Assembly: GCA_014238535.1 (NCBI GenBank)
Contig: JABAAW010000002.1
Location: 6,659 to 70,658, forward strand
DNA: 64,000 nt
Reading direction: 5' to 3'
DNA from: Alphaproteobacteria bacterium
Lineage (GTDB): Bacteria; Pseudomonadota; Alphaproteobacteria; JABAAW01
Shown here: piece by piece, positions 26,600 to 36,410 of the stretch
Layout: each line of letters starts with the position of its first letter
Position numbering within the stretch: position 1 is the first letter of the stretch
The notes under the pieces: model-generated
Seen by the model: only the letters and a program-made list of their open reading frames with translations
Told to the model about the DNA's origin: nothing
Database searches by the model: none
Position numbers and translations under genes: made by a program

Positions 26600-28171
26600 A
26601 TGTCAATAACAGAAAGCACAGAAACAGAGATTCGCGGAACCAGACGCGGCGGCGGACGCGATGCTAGGCGAGCAATGCGCGCGCAAGCAGCCGTCGATAG
26701 CAGGAAACAATCGCCTGCATTCATTAAAAGCACGCTGCCAAAATACAATTTCTTCCCAGAAGAGCAGCTAGACAAAATATGCGCAAACGGCGCACGCATA
26801 CTCAAAGAAATAGGGTTAGAGTTTCACGAAGACGAAGAATCAATCGCGCTGTGGAAAAAAGCCGGCGCAGCCGTCGACGGGCAGCGTGTACGATTCGACG
26901 AATCTATGTTGCTGGACATAGTCAAAACCGTGCCGCGGGAGTTTACTCTACACGCGCGAAACCCAAAAAGATCAGTGACTATCGGTGGCGACGCAATAGT
27001 CTTCCTGCCAACATACGGACCACCTTTCGTGCGCTCGCTGGCTGAGGGGAGACGATATGCAACTATCGAAGACTTCAAAAATTTCTCTAAGTTAACTTAC
27101 CTTTCTCCCGCTTTGCACCATAACGGCGGCACTCTGTGCGAGCCAACCGACTTGCCCGTAAACAAGCGACATCTAGACATGCTCTATAGTCATGTGCGCT
27201 ACTCAGACAAAGGCTTCCTAGGCTCGGTAACCGCACCAGAACGCGCGCAAGACTCCGTCGATTTGGTAAGAATACTCTTCGGGGAAAAATTCGTCGACGA
27301 AAATGCCGTGATATCAGCAATAATCAATGTCAACTCGCCACTCGTCTTCGATGCAACAATGACCGGCGCGTTGAAGGTATATGCGCGCGCAAATCAGCCA
27401 TGCATCGTATCGCCATTCGTACTTTCAGGCGCCATGGGACCAGTGACCGTCGCCGGAACCCTCTCGCAAATATACGCCGAAAGCCTCGTCGGTGCCGCTC
27501 TAGTGCAACTATACCGCAAGGGAGCTCCTCATATAATGGGAACCTTCGCAACATCCTTGTCCATGCAATCAGGTGCGCCATGCTTCGGCACCGCCGAATC
27601 TAGCATGGTGCAGTTCGGATGCTCGCAATTAGCGCGAAGGCTGGGATTCCCTATACGCTCTAGTGGTGCATTGTGCGGGTCCAAAATAACTGACGCACAA
27701 GCAGCATACGAATCCGCAATATCAATGCAGACTAACATCATCGCTGGAAACAATGTTATCATGCACACAGCCGGATGGCTCGAGGGTGGGTTGGTCATGG
27801 ATTACGAAAAATTCGTCCTAGATGCAGACCAAGCAGTGGCCTTCGCAAGACTCGCTAGTTCTGTCGCCGTTGACGAAAATCAGCTCGCTTGCAGTGCTTT
27901 CAGCGAAGTCGGACCAGGAGGGCACTTCTTGGGTTGCGCGCACACGCAAGCAAACTTCGAAACAGCATTCCACAACTCGCCTTTCGTCGATAACGAATCC
28001 TTCGAGCGATGGAAGGCGGAGGGCGAACTCGACATGGTCGCGCGCGCCGCAGGTAAGGTCAAGCGCATGTTGGAGGAATATGAAGAGCCAAGCTTCGACG
28101 AAGGTAAACACGAGGAAATCAAAGAATTCATCGCTAAACGAAAATCCTCAATGCCAGATTCTTGGATATAG
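26600..28171 (+). CDS. MttB-superfamily (trimethylamine methyltransferase-like) protein, non-pyrrolysine type
   Basis: 523 aa in an uninterrupted ORF with no in-frame TAG. The length and motifs fit non-Pyl MttB/MtgB-type quaternary-amine methyltransferases. GGGAGG sits a few nt before the ATG. Confidence 0.7.
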   Translation: MSITESTETEIRGTRRGGGRDARRAMRAQAAVDSRKQSPAFIKSTLPKYNFFPEEQLDKICANGARILKEIGLEFHEDEESIALWKKAGAAVDGQRVRFDESMLLDIVKTVPREFTLHARNPKRSVTIGGDAIVFLPTYGPPFVRSLAEGRRYATIEDFKNFSKLTYLSPALHHNGGTLCEPTDLPVNKRHLDMLYSHVRYSDKGFLGSVTAPERAQDSVDLVRILFGEKFVDENAVISAIINVNSPLVFDATMTGALKVYARANQPCIVSPFVLSGAMGPVTVAGTLSQIYAESLVGAALVQLYRKGAPHIMGTFATSLSMQSGAPCFGTAESSMVQFGCSQLARRLGFPIRSSGALCGSKITDAQAAYESAISMQTNIIAGNNVIMHTAGWLEGGLVMDYEKFVLDADQAVAFARLASSVAVDENQLACSAFSEVGPGGHFLGCAHTQANFETAFHNSPFVDNESFERWKAEGELDMVARAAGKVKRMLEEYEEPSFDEGKHEEIKEFIAKRKSSMPDSWI

Positions 28172-28273
28172 TACTAAAATATAAATAAAAAGCCGTCGAG
28201 TCGTGATAAAAAACTGCGTTATGTTTAAAAATTGCGTGAAAAGCAGCGTTAAAGCCCATATTAAAGTCCTGCA

Positions 28274-28678
28274 ATGCAGAGGTTAATACTATCGCTACGC
28301 GAGTGGGTGCTCGACCATTGGTACGGGCAACTATCGCTTGCAGAGTCCTTTTGGATTAACTGCTTCTTCGTAAACCTAGGTTTCGGAATCCTGTTGCGGC
28401 GAATGGCATTGGGGGCGAATGGGGTAGCATTATTTGGCATGTTGTCCATTGGTGTGTCGGTATGGCAGCTAGTCGGTTTGTGGCGCTCTGCCTGCAATAG
28501 TAGGAGCACGCAGCCACTATGGTCTGCCGTCGCACGCGTAATATGCGTGATAAATGTCATCGCTTTTATACTATTTGCAGCATTCGCATTGGCGATAAAA
28601 CTAGGATTGGTTCCAGAAATCCCATCAGAACTCTTGCCAACACCTGCTGGGGTAGGAAAATCGCAAGGGACTATATAA
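28274..28678 (+). CDS. hypothetical small membrane protein (about 3 TM helices)
   Basis: 134-aa ORF with three hydrophobic segments. I recognise no family. Confidence 0.4.
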   Translation: MQRLILSLREWVLDHWYGQLSLAESFWINCFFVNLGFGILLRRMALGANGVALFGMLSIGVSVWQLVGLWRSACNSRSTQPLWSAVARVICVINVIAFILFAAFALAIKLGLVPEIPSELLPTPAGVGKSQGTI

Positions 28679-28865
28679 AAAAATGCTACCTAGAATGCTA
28701 CGCTAAGATATTGGTGTCGCGTGTTGTTGACAGGCTCGCTCGACTTTGCTACACAAGGCAAGTTGTGGGAGGGGGCAATAATCTATTGACTCTAGCTGTG
28801 GGGTAATGAGTCTAAAAAGAAATAAAACATATAAAACACGATTTCATAACTCAAGGAGATTTGAT

Positions 28866-29567
28866 ATGAAAAAAGGAATTGCGATTGCGGCTTTTGCCGT
28901 CGTTGGGTTGGTGGCAGGCTTGCTACCTAACTCCGCGCAAGGTTTGCAGTATGGGGCTACCGTAGGGTATTCCTCAGTTGGCTTTCAACTACACGGCGGT
29001 AGCGTCGAGCTCTTGCTCGGCATCGGCGGCAAAGACGGGCATCGTCCGCAAGGCTCGGTAATACATATCGGGTTCGCTGGTGCAACCGGCGAAGGCGAAA
29101 CAGACTTGACTAAAGCAACATTTGACGGAATCGAATTTACAAGTCTGCCAGCTTTGAATAGACTTGGGATATTGCAAGGTCTGGGAGCATACGGCATCAC
29201 GGACGCTGCCAAAGCTAAAGGCGATGGCACAGCTTATATTATATCGGCTGCTTATGAGTATGTATTCTCAAAAGGAGCACCAGGGCTTGGTATCATCGGT
29301 GGTGCCGAACTTTACATTTCACAAGGTGGGTTCGAAAGCTTATCACCATTAGCTCCTAGCTTAGAAACCGAAGGTGGCATCGGCGGTGGTGCAGTCATCG
29401 GCGTCAGCTATTACCTGCGTAGTGGTATAAACTTCTCCTTCAAAACCGGCCTCGGGGCTGTAGATCCAGGCAAGATTGAATTTGCGGTTGGGACTGCCTC
29501 CACCGAAATTCAGCCAGCAACGGTGTTCTACGCATCGCCAACATTCTCGATTGGTTACATCTACTAG
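28866..29567 (+). CDS. Gly-rich outer-membrane beta-barrel protein, paralog 1
   Basis: AAGGAG sits 8 nt before the ATG at 28866. It has the signal peptide MKKGIAIAAFAVVGLVAGLLPNSAQG, alternating beta-strand pattern, and the C-terminal FSIGYIY aromatic terminus. Confidence 0.65.
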   Translation: MKKGIAIAAFAVVGLVAGLLPNSAQGLQYGATVGYSSVGFQLHGGSVELLLGIGGKDGHRPQGSVIHIGFAGATGEGETDLTKATFDGIEFTSLPALNRLGILQGLGAYGITDAAKAKGDGTAYIISAAYEYVFSKGAPGLGIIGGAELYISQGGFESLSPLAPSLETEGGIGGGAVIGVSYYLRSGINFSFKTGLGAVDPGKIEFAVGTASTEIQPATVFYASPTFSIGYIY

Positions 29568-29596
29568 TAATAGTACAAAAACTTAAATAAAGAAAG

Positions 29597-29633
29597 GGCG
29601 TGCTCCGATTATGTGGAGCGCGCCTTTTTTTTT
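29597..29633 (+). terminator. rho-independent terminator after OMP paralog 1
   Basis: The stem is ggcgtgctcc / ggagcgcgcc (10 bp with one G-U pair), the loop is 8 nt, and a run of 9 T follows. Confidence 0.8.
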
Positions 29634-29703
29634 AATGATACTATGGCTTGAGTGCTAGGGGGAGTAATGTTTGATGCTAATCTAATCGTGAAGGAGTAAG
29701 TTC

Positions 29704-30423
29704 GTGAAAAAAATAATAATAGTCGCAGTGATAGCAATTTCTTGCGGGTTAGGCGCTTGTCTACTATCAGGCAGGGCGCAGGCATTGCAGTACGGAGCGA
29801 CCGTTGGCTACAGCTCGCTCGGTTTTCAGCTGCACGGTGCTAGTGTAGAGTTTCTGCTCGGAATCAACAGCAAGGATAAACATCGGCCGCAAGGTTCCGT
29901 ATGGCATTTCGGATTCGCGGGCACAACCGGAAATAAAAAAACCAATCTGACGCAAGCAACCTGGAACGGGCTTTCTATAGATAACTATCTATCAGAGCGT
30001 GCAGGAGGCGGAGCTACAGCACAGCAAATAGCGGCGCAGTTGCGAGGATTGGAAATAGAAACAAGCTCACTATATGGTATCAGCGACCTGAGTGCAGTCA
30101 AGATCGATAGCACAGCTTATGCTATATCGCTGGCTTACGAGTATGTATTCACGCAAAAAGTGCCAGGGTTTGGACTGCTCGTAGGGTTTGAAGCGATCAT
30201 AGAAGAAGGTACATTGTCCGATAGTAAAACTACAGGCGGTGGCGGTGGTGGCGGCTTATTCGGCATCAGCTACTATTGGCGCAACGGATTCGTCATATCA
30301 GCAAAAACCGCACTCGGCTGGAGCTCCTTGGGGGATGGGAACCTGCTCGCAACCAACGATAGGCTAGGCTTGCCTGCAGAGTTTTACGCAACGCCAACAT
30401 TCTCGATTGGTTTCATTCGATAG
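29704..30423 (+). CDS. Gly-rich outer-membrane beta-barrel protein, paralog 2
   Basis: GTG start preceded by AAGGAG. The signal peptide ends ...GRAQA. It shares LQYGATVGYSS.GFQLHG.SVE.LLGI...D.HRPQGSV.H.GFAG.TG and the C-terminal FYA.PTFSIG motif with paralog 1. Confidence 0.65.
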   Translation: MKKIIIVAVIAISCGLGACLLSGRAQALQYGATVGYSSLGFQLHGASVEFLLGINSKDKHRPQGSVWHFGFAGTTGNKKTNLTQATWNGLSIDNYLSERAGGGATAQQIAAQLRGLEIETSSLYGISDLSAVKIDSTAYAISLAYEYVFTQKVPGFGLLVGFEAIIEEGTLSDSKTTGGGGGGGLFGISYYWRNGFVISAKTALGWSSLGDGNLLATNDRLGLPAEFYATPTFSIGFIR

Positions 30424-30542
30424 GCGGAAAGCAATAAGTCTTAAGAATAAGTCTTAAGAATAAATTTGGGGGCATTAGAATTGAAAAAAGTATGCGTTTT
30501 TTGCTAGCGCAAAGCTTGGTTTTTTGCTAAAAACTACTCATT

Positions 30543-30830
30543 ATGCGCTCGATTATAGACTTGGTGTTACTAATATTGCAGCTGTGGTCATACAGCATCA
30601 TCATCGTCGCCGTGATGAGCTGGCTGTTAGCATTCGGTATCATTAACGCGAACTCGGTGTTCGTGCAAAAGCTGCACGAGGTGATGTTTAAACTGACAGA
30701 GCCGTTATTGCGACCGATACGCCGAATCGTGCCTTCCTTCTCCGGCATGGACTTCTCGCCCGTAATCGCGCTGATAGCGTTGTGGTTCATAGGGCGTCTG
30801 ATACGCGAATACGCATTCATGCTGCTATAG
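30543..30830 (+). CDS. YggT-family membrane protein
   Basis: 95 aa with two TM helices. The loop motif LTEPLLRPIRRIVP is typical of YggT. Confidence 0.75.
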   Translation: MRSIIDLVLLILQLWSYSIIIVAVMSWLLAFGIINANSVFVQKLHEVMFKLTEPLLRPIRRIVPSFSGMDFSPVIALIALWFIGRLIREYAFMLL

Positions 30831-30907
30831 TTAGCATACACTCGCTTGCAAGCTGAGTTGCTTAGAGGCTGAGGGCTCGTGGTCTTGCACTCTCAAGCAG
30901 GCTTTCC

Positions 30908-32263
30908 ATGGCAGAGAAAACAGGAAATAACGAAGAAAAAAAGCGCAGTAAGCGTGGCTTGCGTGTGCAGCGTGTACGCGGTATGCAGGACTTCCTGCCC
31001 GCACAAGCAGCAAGCATGGCGCGTATCGCGCGCATTGCCGAAGATGTAGCGCGCCTGTACGGATTCGAGCGCATCGAAACACCTATCCTAGAGCAAGCGC
31101 AACTATTCCGCCGTTCGCTAGGGCTCGCGAGCGATGTCGTGATGAAGGAGATGTACGCATTCACCGATAAAAATGGCGACGAACTATGTCTGCGTCCCGA
31201 AGGTACCGCAGGCGCCGTGCGTGCCCTGATCGATGGTGGCTTGACGCAGACGCTACCGCAACGTTGGTTCTACGAAGGACCGATGTTTCGGCGCGAACGT
31301 CCGCAAAGGGGACGATTCAGGCAATTCCATCAGTGCGGTGTCGAGTTGTTGGGAATCGGTGATTTAGAAATTAATGATATGGGAGCTAACATTGAGGTAA
31401 TTGCTTGTGCTTGGAGATTCCTGCAAGAACTGAGGTTAGAAGATAAAGTGACGCTTAAGATAAATTGGCTACCTATGGCAGGACAGAGAGACGCATACCG
31501 TATTAAAATTCAAAATCATTTCCAAGAATATGCCGATAAAAATGCCTTATCGGAAGAAAGCATCAAGCGACTACAGTTAGGGAATCCATTTCGTATATTA
31601 GATTCGAAAGACGCACAAGACCAGAAAGCTATCGAAAATGTTCCGCGCGTAACTTTAGATGAAAACAACGCGTTCAGTGAAACTCTAAATCATTTAAATA
31701 TCCCTCATGTTAATGATTTTAGGCTCGTGCGCGGGTTGGACTACTATAATGAGTTTGTGTTCGAGTTTGTTGAAAAAGATGCTACGCGCGAGCAGGCAAC
31801 CGTGCTGGCTGGTGGGCGCTATGATGGGCTATGCGAACAACTCGGCGGGAAGCCTGTACGCGCCATTGGCTGGGCTGCTGGTTTGGAGCGCTTGGCTGAT
31901 ATGAGTATAGGCAAAAGAGATAAGATAATAATTTATATTACTGAAGAAAAACCAAATACTGTTGCTCAAACAAAAGTAGCTGAGATGCTTAGGACAAAAA
32001 TCTATAATTCTTTTATATCCAAAAGCAAAAAACAAATTTTCACTCCTAAATCATTCTCTAGGCTACACGGAATGTACGATATGCTTTCTTGGCAAAAGAA
32101 AGTAGCGGTTAAAAGTAATGCTGACTATATGATTCATATTGGTTGTAAACCAGGTGAAATTATCTTCCTCAAAATTGGTGAAAAACAAAACAAAAAATTT
32201 TCTAACGAGGATGAGTTGATCGCACACTTAAAAATCGTTCTCGAAGATATAGAAGAATCATGA
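30908..32263 (+). CDS. hisS: histidine--tRNA ligase
   Basis: It has [43 protein letters not shown] (motif 2), and [18 protein letters not shown] (motif 3). The anticodon-binding domain is divergent. Confidence 0.9.
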   Translation: MAEKTGNNEEKKRSKRGLRVQRVRGMQDFLPAQAASMARIARIAEDVARLYGFERIETPILEQAQLFRRSLGLASDVVMKEMYAFTDKNGDELCLRPEGTAGAVRALIDGGLTQTLPQRWFYEGPMFRRERPQRGRFRQFHQCGVELLGIGDLEINDMGANIEVIACAWRFLQELRLEDKVTLKINWLPMAGQRDAYRIKIQNHFQEYADKNALSEESIKRLQLGNPFRILDSKDAQDQKAIENVPRVTLDENNAFSETLNHLNIPHVNDFRLVRGLDYYNEFVFEFVEKDATREQATVLAGGRYDGLCEQLGGKPVRAIGWAAGLERLADMSIGKRDKIIIYITEEKPNTVAQTKVAEMLRTKIYNSFISKSKKQIFTPKSFSRLHGMYDMLSWQKKVAVKSNADYMIHIGCKPGEIIFLKIGEKQNKKFSNEDELIAHLKIVLEDIEES

Positions 32264-33396
32264 GTAGCGAGGTCGATAAGCAGCAACTCTTCTGGCAAAA
32301 ACGCTGCGCTGCAACGCTCAAGCGCGAAGCGGCAGTGCAACACGCGCTCGAAACGCCGACAACGCCACCCATAACCACGCAAGCGCGCGCCGAACTAGCT
32401 CGCACTCTCGCGCGTCTAACCCCTTTGTGCGAAAAAATACGCGAATACCAAAGCCTATGCCAACAGCAACTCGACGCAAAAAAAATGCTCGCCGAAGAAC
32501 CAGACATGAAAGAACTCGCAACAGCCGAACTAAATCGCCTGAACGCACCATCCGTGAAAATGCTCGAAAGCATTCAGAGTTTGATGCTCGAGAGCACTGA
32601 ACGAGAGGCAGATAACGCAATAGTAGAAATTAGACCAGGAACCGGCGGCGAGGAAGCTGCTCTATTCGTAGCCGATTTGCTCGCAATGTACAGACGCTTC
32701 GCCGAAGCAGAAAAATACAAACTAGAAGTCATTACCATGAGCGAAAGTCAACAGGGCGGTGTGCGCGAAGCAATCTTAGGAATCGAGGGCGCAAGAGCCT
32801 TCGCTCGACTATCCTCAGAATCAGGCGTGCATCGCGTACAGCGCGTACCTGAAACAGAATCAAGCGGGCGCATACATACCTCCGCCGCAACAGTAGCCGT
32901 TCTGCCGCAAGTAGCCGCAACCGAATGCCATATCGCAGAGCAAGACTTGCGCGTCGAAACATTCCGCGCGCAAGGCGCAGGCGGACAGCATGTCAACACA
33001 ACAGACTCCGCCGTGCGTATAACGCATAAGCCAACCAACATCGTCGTGCAATGCCAAGACGAAAAGTCTCAACATCGGAATCGCGAAAAGGCGATGAAAG
33101 TTCTACGCGCGCGTCTGCAAGACCATATAACATCAAAGCAAGAAGCCGAACGCGCTCTCGAGCGTAAAAGCCAAATCGGCAGCGGCGATCGGTCTGAGCG
33201 AATACGCACCTATAACTTTCCGCAAAACCGTGTTACCGATCATCGAATCGCTCTTACTATCTATAAACTCGACCGCATAATGCAGGGCGAAGGTTTGGAC
33301 GAACTGTTATTACCGCTGGAAGCCGCACGCCGTAGCCAACGACTCGAAAAACTCGAGCAACAGGCAGAAATAGAGGTAGAGCAAGAAGCAATCTAA
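32260..33396 (+). CDS. prfA: peptide chain release factor 1
   Basis: It has GGQ in [18 protein letters not shown] and a P-x-T tripeptide in [15 protein letters not shown]. The start overlaps hisS in an ATGA arrangement, and there is no frameshift. Confidence 0.92.
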   Translation: MSSEVDKQQLFWQKRCAATLKREAAVQHALETPTTPPITTQARAELARTLARLTPLCEKIREYQSLCQQQLDAKKMLAEEPDMKELATAELNRLNAPSVKMLESIQSLMLESTEREADNAIVEIRPGTGGEEAALFVADLLAMYRRFAEAEKYKLEVITMSESQQGGVREAILGIEGARAFARLSSESGVHRVQRVPETESSGRIHTSAATVAVLPQVAATECHIAEQDLRVETFRAQGAGGQHVNTTDSAVRITHKPTNIVVQCQDEKSQHRNREKAMKVLRARLQDHITSKQEAERALERKSQIGSGDRSERIRTYNFPQNRVTDHRIALTIYKLDRIMQGEGLDELLLPLEAARRSQRLEKLEQQAEIEVEQEAI

Positions 33397-33441
33397 GAGT
33401 GGAGCAACTCCTTCCTATACAGATTCTAACCAAGCGAGGCA

Positions 33442-34317
33442 ATGCAGGGGCAAACTATCAGAAAACTTTTGTTGCAACAACTAACCCAAGCTCAATTACC
33501 AGAGCCGTTAGTCGAACTATCCGCATTGTGGCGCGCTCGTAGCGCTAGCAATTCGCCGCTGAACGCGCATTCAACATTGTCTCACTCGCTAATAGAGCAG
33601 CTACACAGCGATGTCGCCCGTCGTGCCAAACGCGAACCCTTCGCGCGTATCGTAAACGCACGCGAGTTCTATTCGCACGACTTTCGACTAAATAATGCAT
33701 GTCTAATACCGCGCAACGATAGCGAAACATTGGTCGATGTCGTGATAAACGCCAGCGCAAAGTCTAATGCACCGCTCGTTCGCATTCGAGAACTAGGCTG
33801 CGGTAGCGGCTGCATCATAATCAGCATCGCGCGCGCGCTCGCGTATAAAAAAAGTCTACGCATCATAAGTGCTAGCGATAACTCTAAGAAAGCACTGCTC
33901 GCCGCTAGAAAAAATAACGCACAAGTACCAAGCAGGCTAGCCGTGCGGTTTCTACATAGCGATTGGCTAAAGGATAAGCAGCAAAACCAACCTAAAAAAT
34001 TCGATCTAATCATCGCAAATCCTCCATATGTGCGCCGTAAGGATAGGCATTCGTTGCAGCTCGAGGTGCAGAGGTTCGAGCCTAGACGCGCGCTTGATGG
34101 TGGATTCTCCGGTATGCAGAGCATAGGCGAGGTCTGCATTCAAGCGCATAAGCGTCTGCGAATTGGCGGATTGCTCGTATTAGAACACGCGCCAAAACAA
34201 GCGCGAATCCTAGAAAAATTCGCCAAGCGCAAAGGCTATTCGCACGCGCGGCTCTTTTATGACCTAAACGGGCAGGCGCGCGTAACATTGCTAAAAAGAT
34301 GCCGCAAAAAATGCTAA
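33442..34317 (+). CDS. prmC: release factor glutamine N5-methyltransferase
   Basis: It has the SAM motif ELGCGSGCI and the catalytic IIANPPYV. It lies directly downstream of prfA. Confidence 0.88.
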   Translation: MQGQTIRKLLLQQLTQAQLPEPLVELSALWRARSASNSPLNAHSTLSHSLIEQLHSDVARRAKREPFARIVNAREFYSHDFRLNNACLIPRNDSETLVDVVINASAKSNAPLVRIRELGCGSGCIIISIARALAYKKSLRIISASDNSKKALLAARKNNAQVPSRLAVRFLHSDWLKDKQQNQPKKFDLIIANPPYVRRKDRHSLQLEVQRFEPRRALDGGFSGMQSIGEVCIQAHKRLRIGGLLVLEHAPKQARILEKFAKRKGYSHARLFYDLNGQARVTLLKRCRKKC

Positions 34318-34552
34318 TCAACAAAATTAAAAGCTATAAAAAAACTTGCCTCGCTTGGCTCGATGCGCTAGCCTAGCGATATTCGGGGGCGCATGTGCCA
34401 AAATGTAGGCAGTATAGAAGATGCGCTATACCGATACGATACGCTGTGGGTGACAACTATGGATACTATAGAGCGTGTCGTGCGGCGGTATAGACTCGAA
34501 GCAGAAAACAGCCACAATATGTCCTCAAAATGAGGATACTTACCTAAAAAAC

Positions 34553-35107
34553 ATGGGTTTTATGTTCAATAATCATAGTCAGAGAAGAAATTCTCGATAT
34601 CAGCGCAATGGTTATGCCTCGCGCGGACGAAACAACAATAGCAATAATAACACTAATGCTCGAAACTTCGAGTCAAACGGACCCTCAAACTTTCGCGTGC
34701 GCGGGAAACCTATTCAAATACACGATAAATATGTGCAGCTGGCGCGCGACTCCGCCTCCAATGGCGATAAAATCTTGACTGAAAATCTATTACAGCACGC
34801 CGAACACTACTTACGTTTGCAGAATAATGCTAGCGAGCGCACAAGTGAAAAATCTCCTGAACGCTCGCAATCAGCAGACAGCGAGCGCGATGCGTCATAT
34901 CGAAGCAACGCTCCGCGTTCAAATTCGCGCAGGCGATGGGCAGTCTCGCCAGAAGCAGCCGCTAGTAGTGCAAACTCCGATAGCGAGGCTAATCTACCTC
35001 AAGCAGAAGTAGAGAGCATAGCAACTAATAACTCACCGCAACAAAATAGCGATAGGCGCGATGAAGAAAATGACTATGGTTATGAAAACGAGCAAGCTTA
35101 CGAGTAA
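34553..35107 (+). CDS. basic Asn/Arg/Ser-rich DUF4167-like protein
   Basis: It has an RRNSRYQRNGYASRGRNNN... segment followed by IHDKYVQLARDSASNGDKILTENLLQHAEHY. Its position after prmC is typical of Alphaproteobacteria. The start could be 34553 or 34562. Confidence 0.6.
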   Translation: MGFMFNNHSQRRNSRYQRNGYASRGRNNNSNNNTNARNFESNGPSNFRVRGKPIQIHDKYVQLARDSASNGDKILTENLLQHAEHYLRLQNNASERTSEKSPERSQSADSERDASYRSNAPRSNSRRRWAVSPEAAASSANSDSEANLPQAEVESIATNNSPQQNSDRRDEENDYGYENEQAYE

Positions 35108-35113
35108 CTATAT

Positions 35114-36349
35114 CTAACCTTGCAGTTGGACATGCGAGGGGCGGTCATACGAACTTTGCGCATGCTCAACTAGGCGGTCAAGCCACTGCTGTTGCATCGC
35201 AAGGTCGTTGTCACCATCACGCGCAAGTCGTGCCTGTAAGCGCAGATACGATAAAAACTCCAAGTGTGGCGGGGACTCTACATCTAATTCCGTAGAAGCA
35301 GCGTCTAGAATTTGCTTCGCTCGTCCCCATATTTTCGCATCTAGTAAATACTCGCACAGTAGCAAACGCGATTTTAAAGAAGGGGACTTGCCAATCAAAA
35401 CTTCGATCAACCGCACGCGCTCAATTGCTTTGTTCGTACCGCTTAGTCGCAAAAAATTCTTCGCAAGCGAGTGCCCTTCAAAATCACGCCAACGCGAAAC
35501 TATAATATTGCGACCCTTAACCTTATCAGACGCACTACCAAGTGCAAGTAAGCGCGTGTAGTGCTCAATCGCCAACGCGGCCGACGCTCTATAAGCGCGC
35601 TCCGCTTGGCGCAAAGCCTCGCGCTTGTCATCAACCCTAATAGCTGCGTGCATCGCATCAAGGCGTAAGCTAGCCTCTAACTTCTGAAATTTCGCAGGCA
35701 GCTTATCGCTAGCTGCATCGATACTCTCAAGCATAGAAAGCAATGCTTGTGGAGAATCTAAGTGGTGCGCAATCTTTAATTGCTCGATGTGAAACTGTAA
35801 AGAATCGCGTTGCAGAGACTTCGCTTGCCGCGCATATTCTTGTGTATACTTCTTAGCTTGGACAAAATCTCCTCGGTGGCGAGATAGCCTCGATAGTGAT
35901 AACAGCGCGATAGGTCGTGTCTTTTCGTGCTTGCGTAAATCTTTGTAAAACTTTTCCGCATCGTCGATAACCTCAGCCGATTCCGCTATCTGTGCCGCGC
36001 TAAGAGTCGATAGCGCATCGTTGCCAAGCAACTTCCTTGCCGTAAGCGCATAGTCAAGCGCAGCCGTACCAGGCTCCGCGCATAGCGCCGCGAGCAACGA
36101 GCGATAGCCCGAACTCCTTCTGCGCGAACTACGCCACAAACTAAAACTATGCGGTAGCGACAAAATCTCGCGTGTCGTCGTTATCGCAAACCACAGAAGC
36201 GTAGTTAGCGATAGTAATACAATTAAGAAAACGCCAGACCTAGTCGAAATTTGCCACTGCGACCAATATATATCAACACGCCCTGAAAGTGTCGCAAGCC
36301 ACGCTAAAAGTAGCACTAAAAGCATCAATTTAAAAATCGTCCAACGCAT
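35114..36349 (-). CDS. hemY: HemY-like membrane protein (N-terminal TM hairpin plus TPR-like region)
   Basis: 411 aa. It has two N-terminal TM helices separated by VDIYWSQWQISTR, then a helical repeat region. It is the last gene of the hemC-hemD-X-hemY cluster. Confidence 0.7.
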   Translation of the reverse strand: MRWTIFKLMLLVLLLAWLATLSGRVDIYWSQWQISTRSGVFLIVLLSLTTLLWFAITTTREILSLPHSFSLWRSSRRRSSGYRSLLAALCAEPGTAALDYALTARKLLGNDALSTLSAAQIAESAEVIDDAEKFYKDLRKHEKTRPIALLSLSRLSRHRGDFVQAKKYTQEYARQAKSLQRDSLQFHIEQLKIAHHLDSPQALLSMLESIDAASDKLPAKFQKLEASLRLDAMHAAIRVDDKREALRQAERAYRASAALAIEHYTRLLALGSASDKVKGRNIIVSRWRDFEGHSLAKNFLRLSGTNKAIERVRLIEVLIGKSPSLKSRLLLCEYLLDAKIWGRAKQILDAASTELDVESPPHLEFLSYLRLQARLARDGDNDLAMQQQWLDRLVEHAQSSYDRPSHVQLQG

Positions 36350-36410
36350 AGTCTAAATCAGTATAACTAGTACAAGTGCACTACAGCTAAACGGGTAGCC
36401 ATTCTCATTG

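Noticed and set aside
28205-28250. Three A-rich words containing tgcgt/agcgt (aaaactgcgtta, aaaattgcgtga, aaagcagcgtta) upstream of the small membrane protein gene
   Set aside because: The spacing is irregular (18 and 12 nt) and the core is only 5-6 nt. This is too weak to call a binding-site array.
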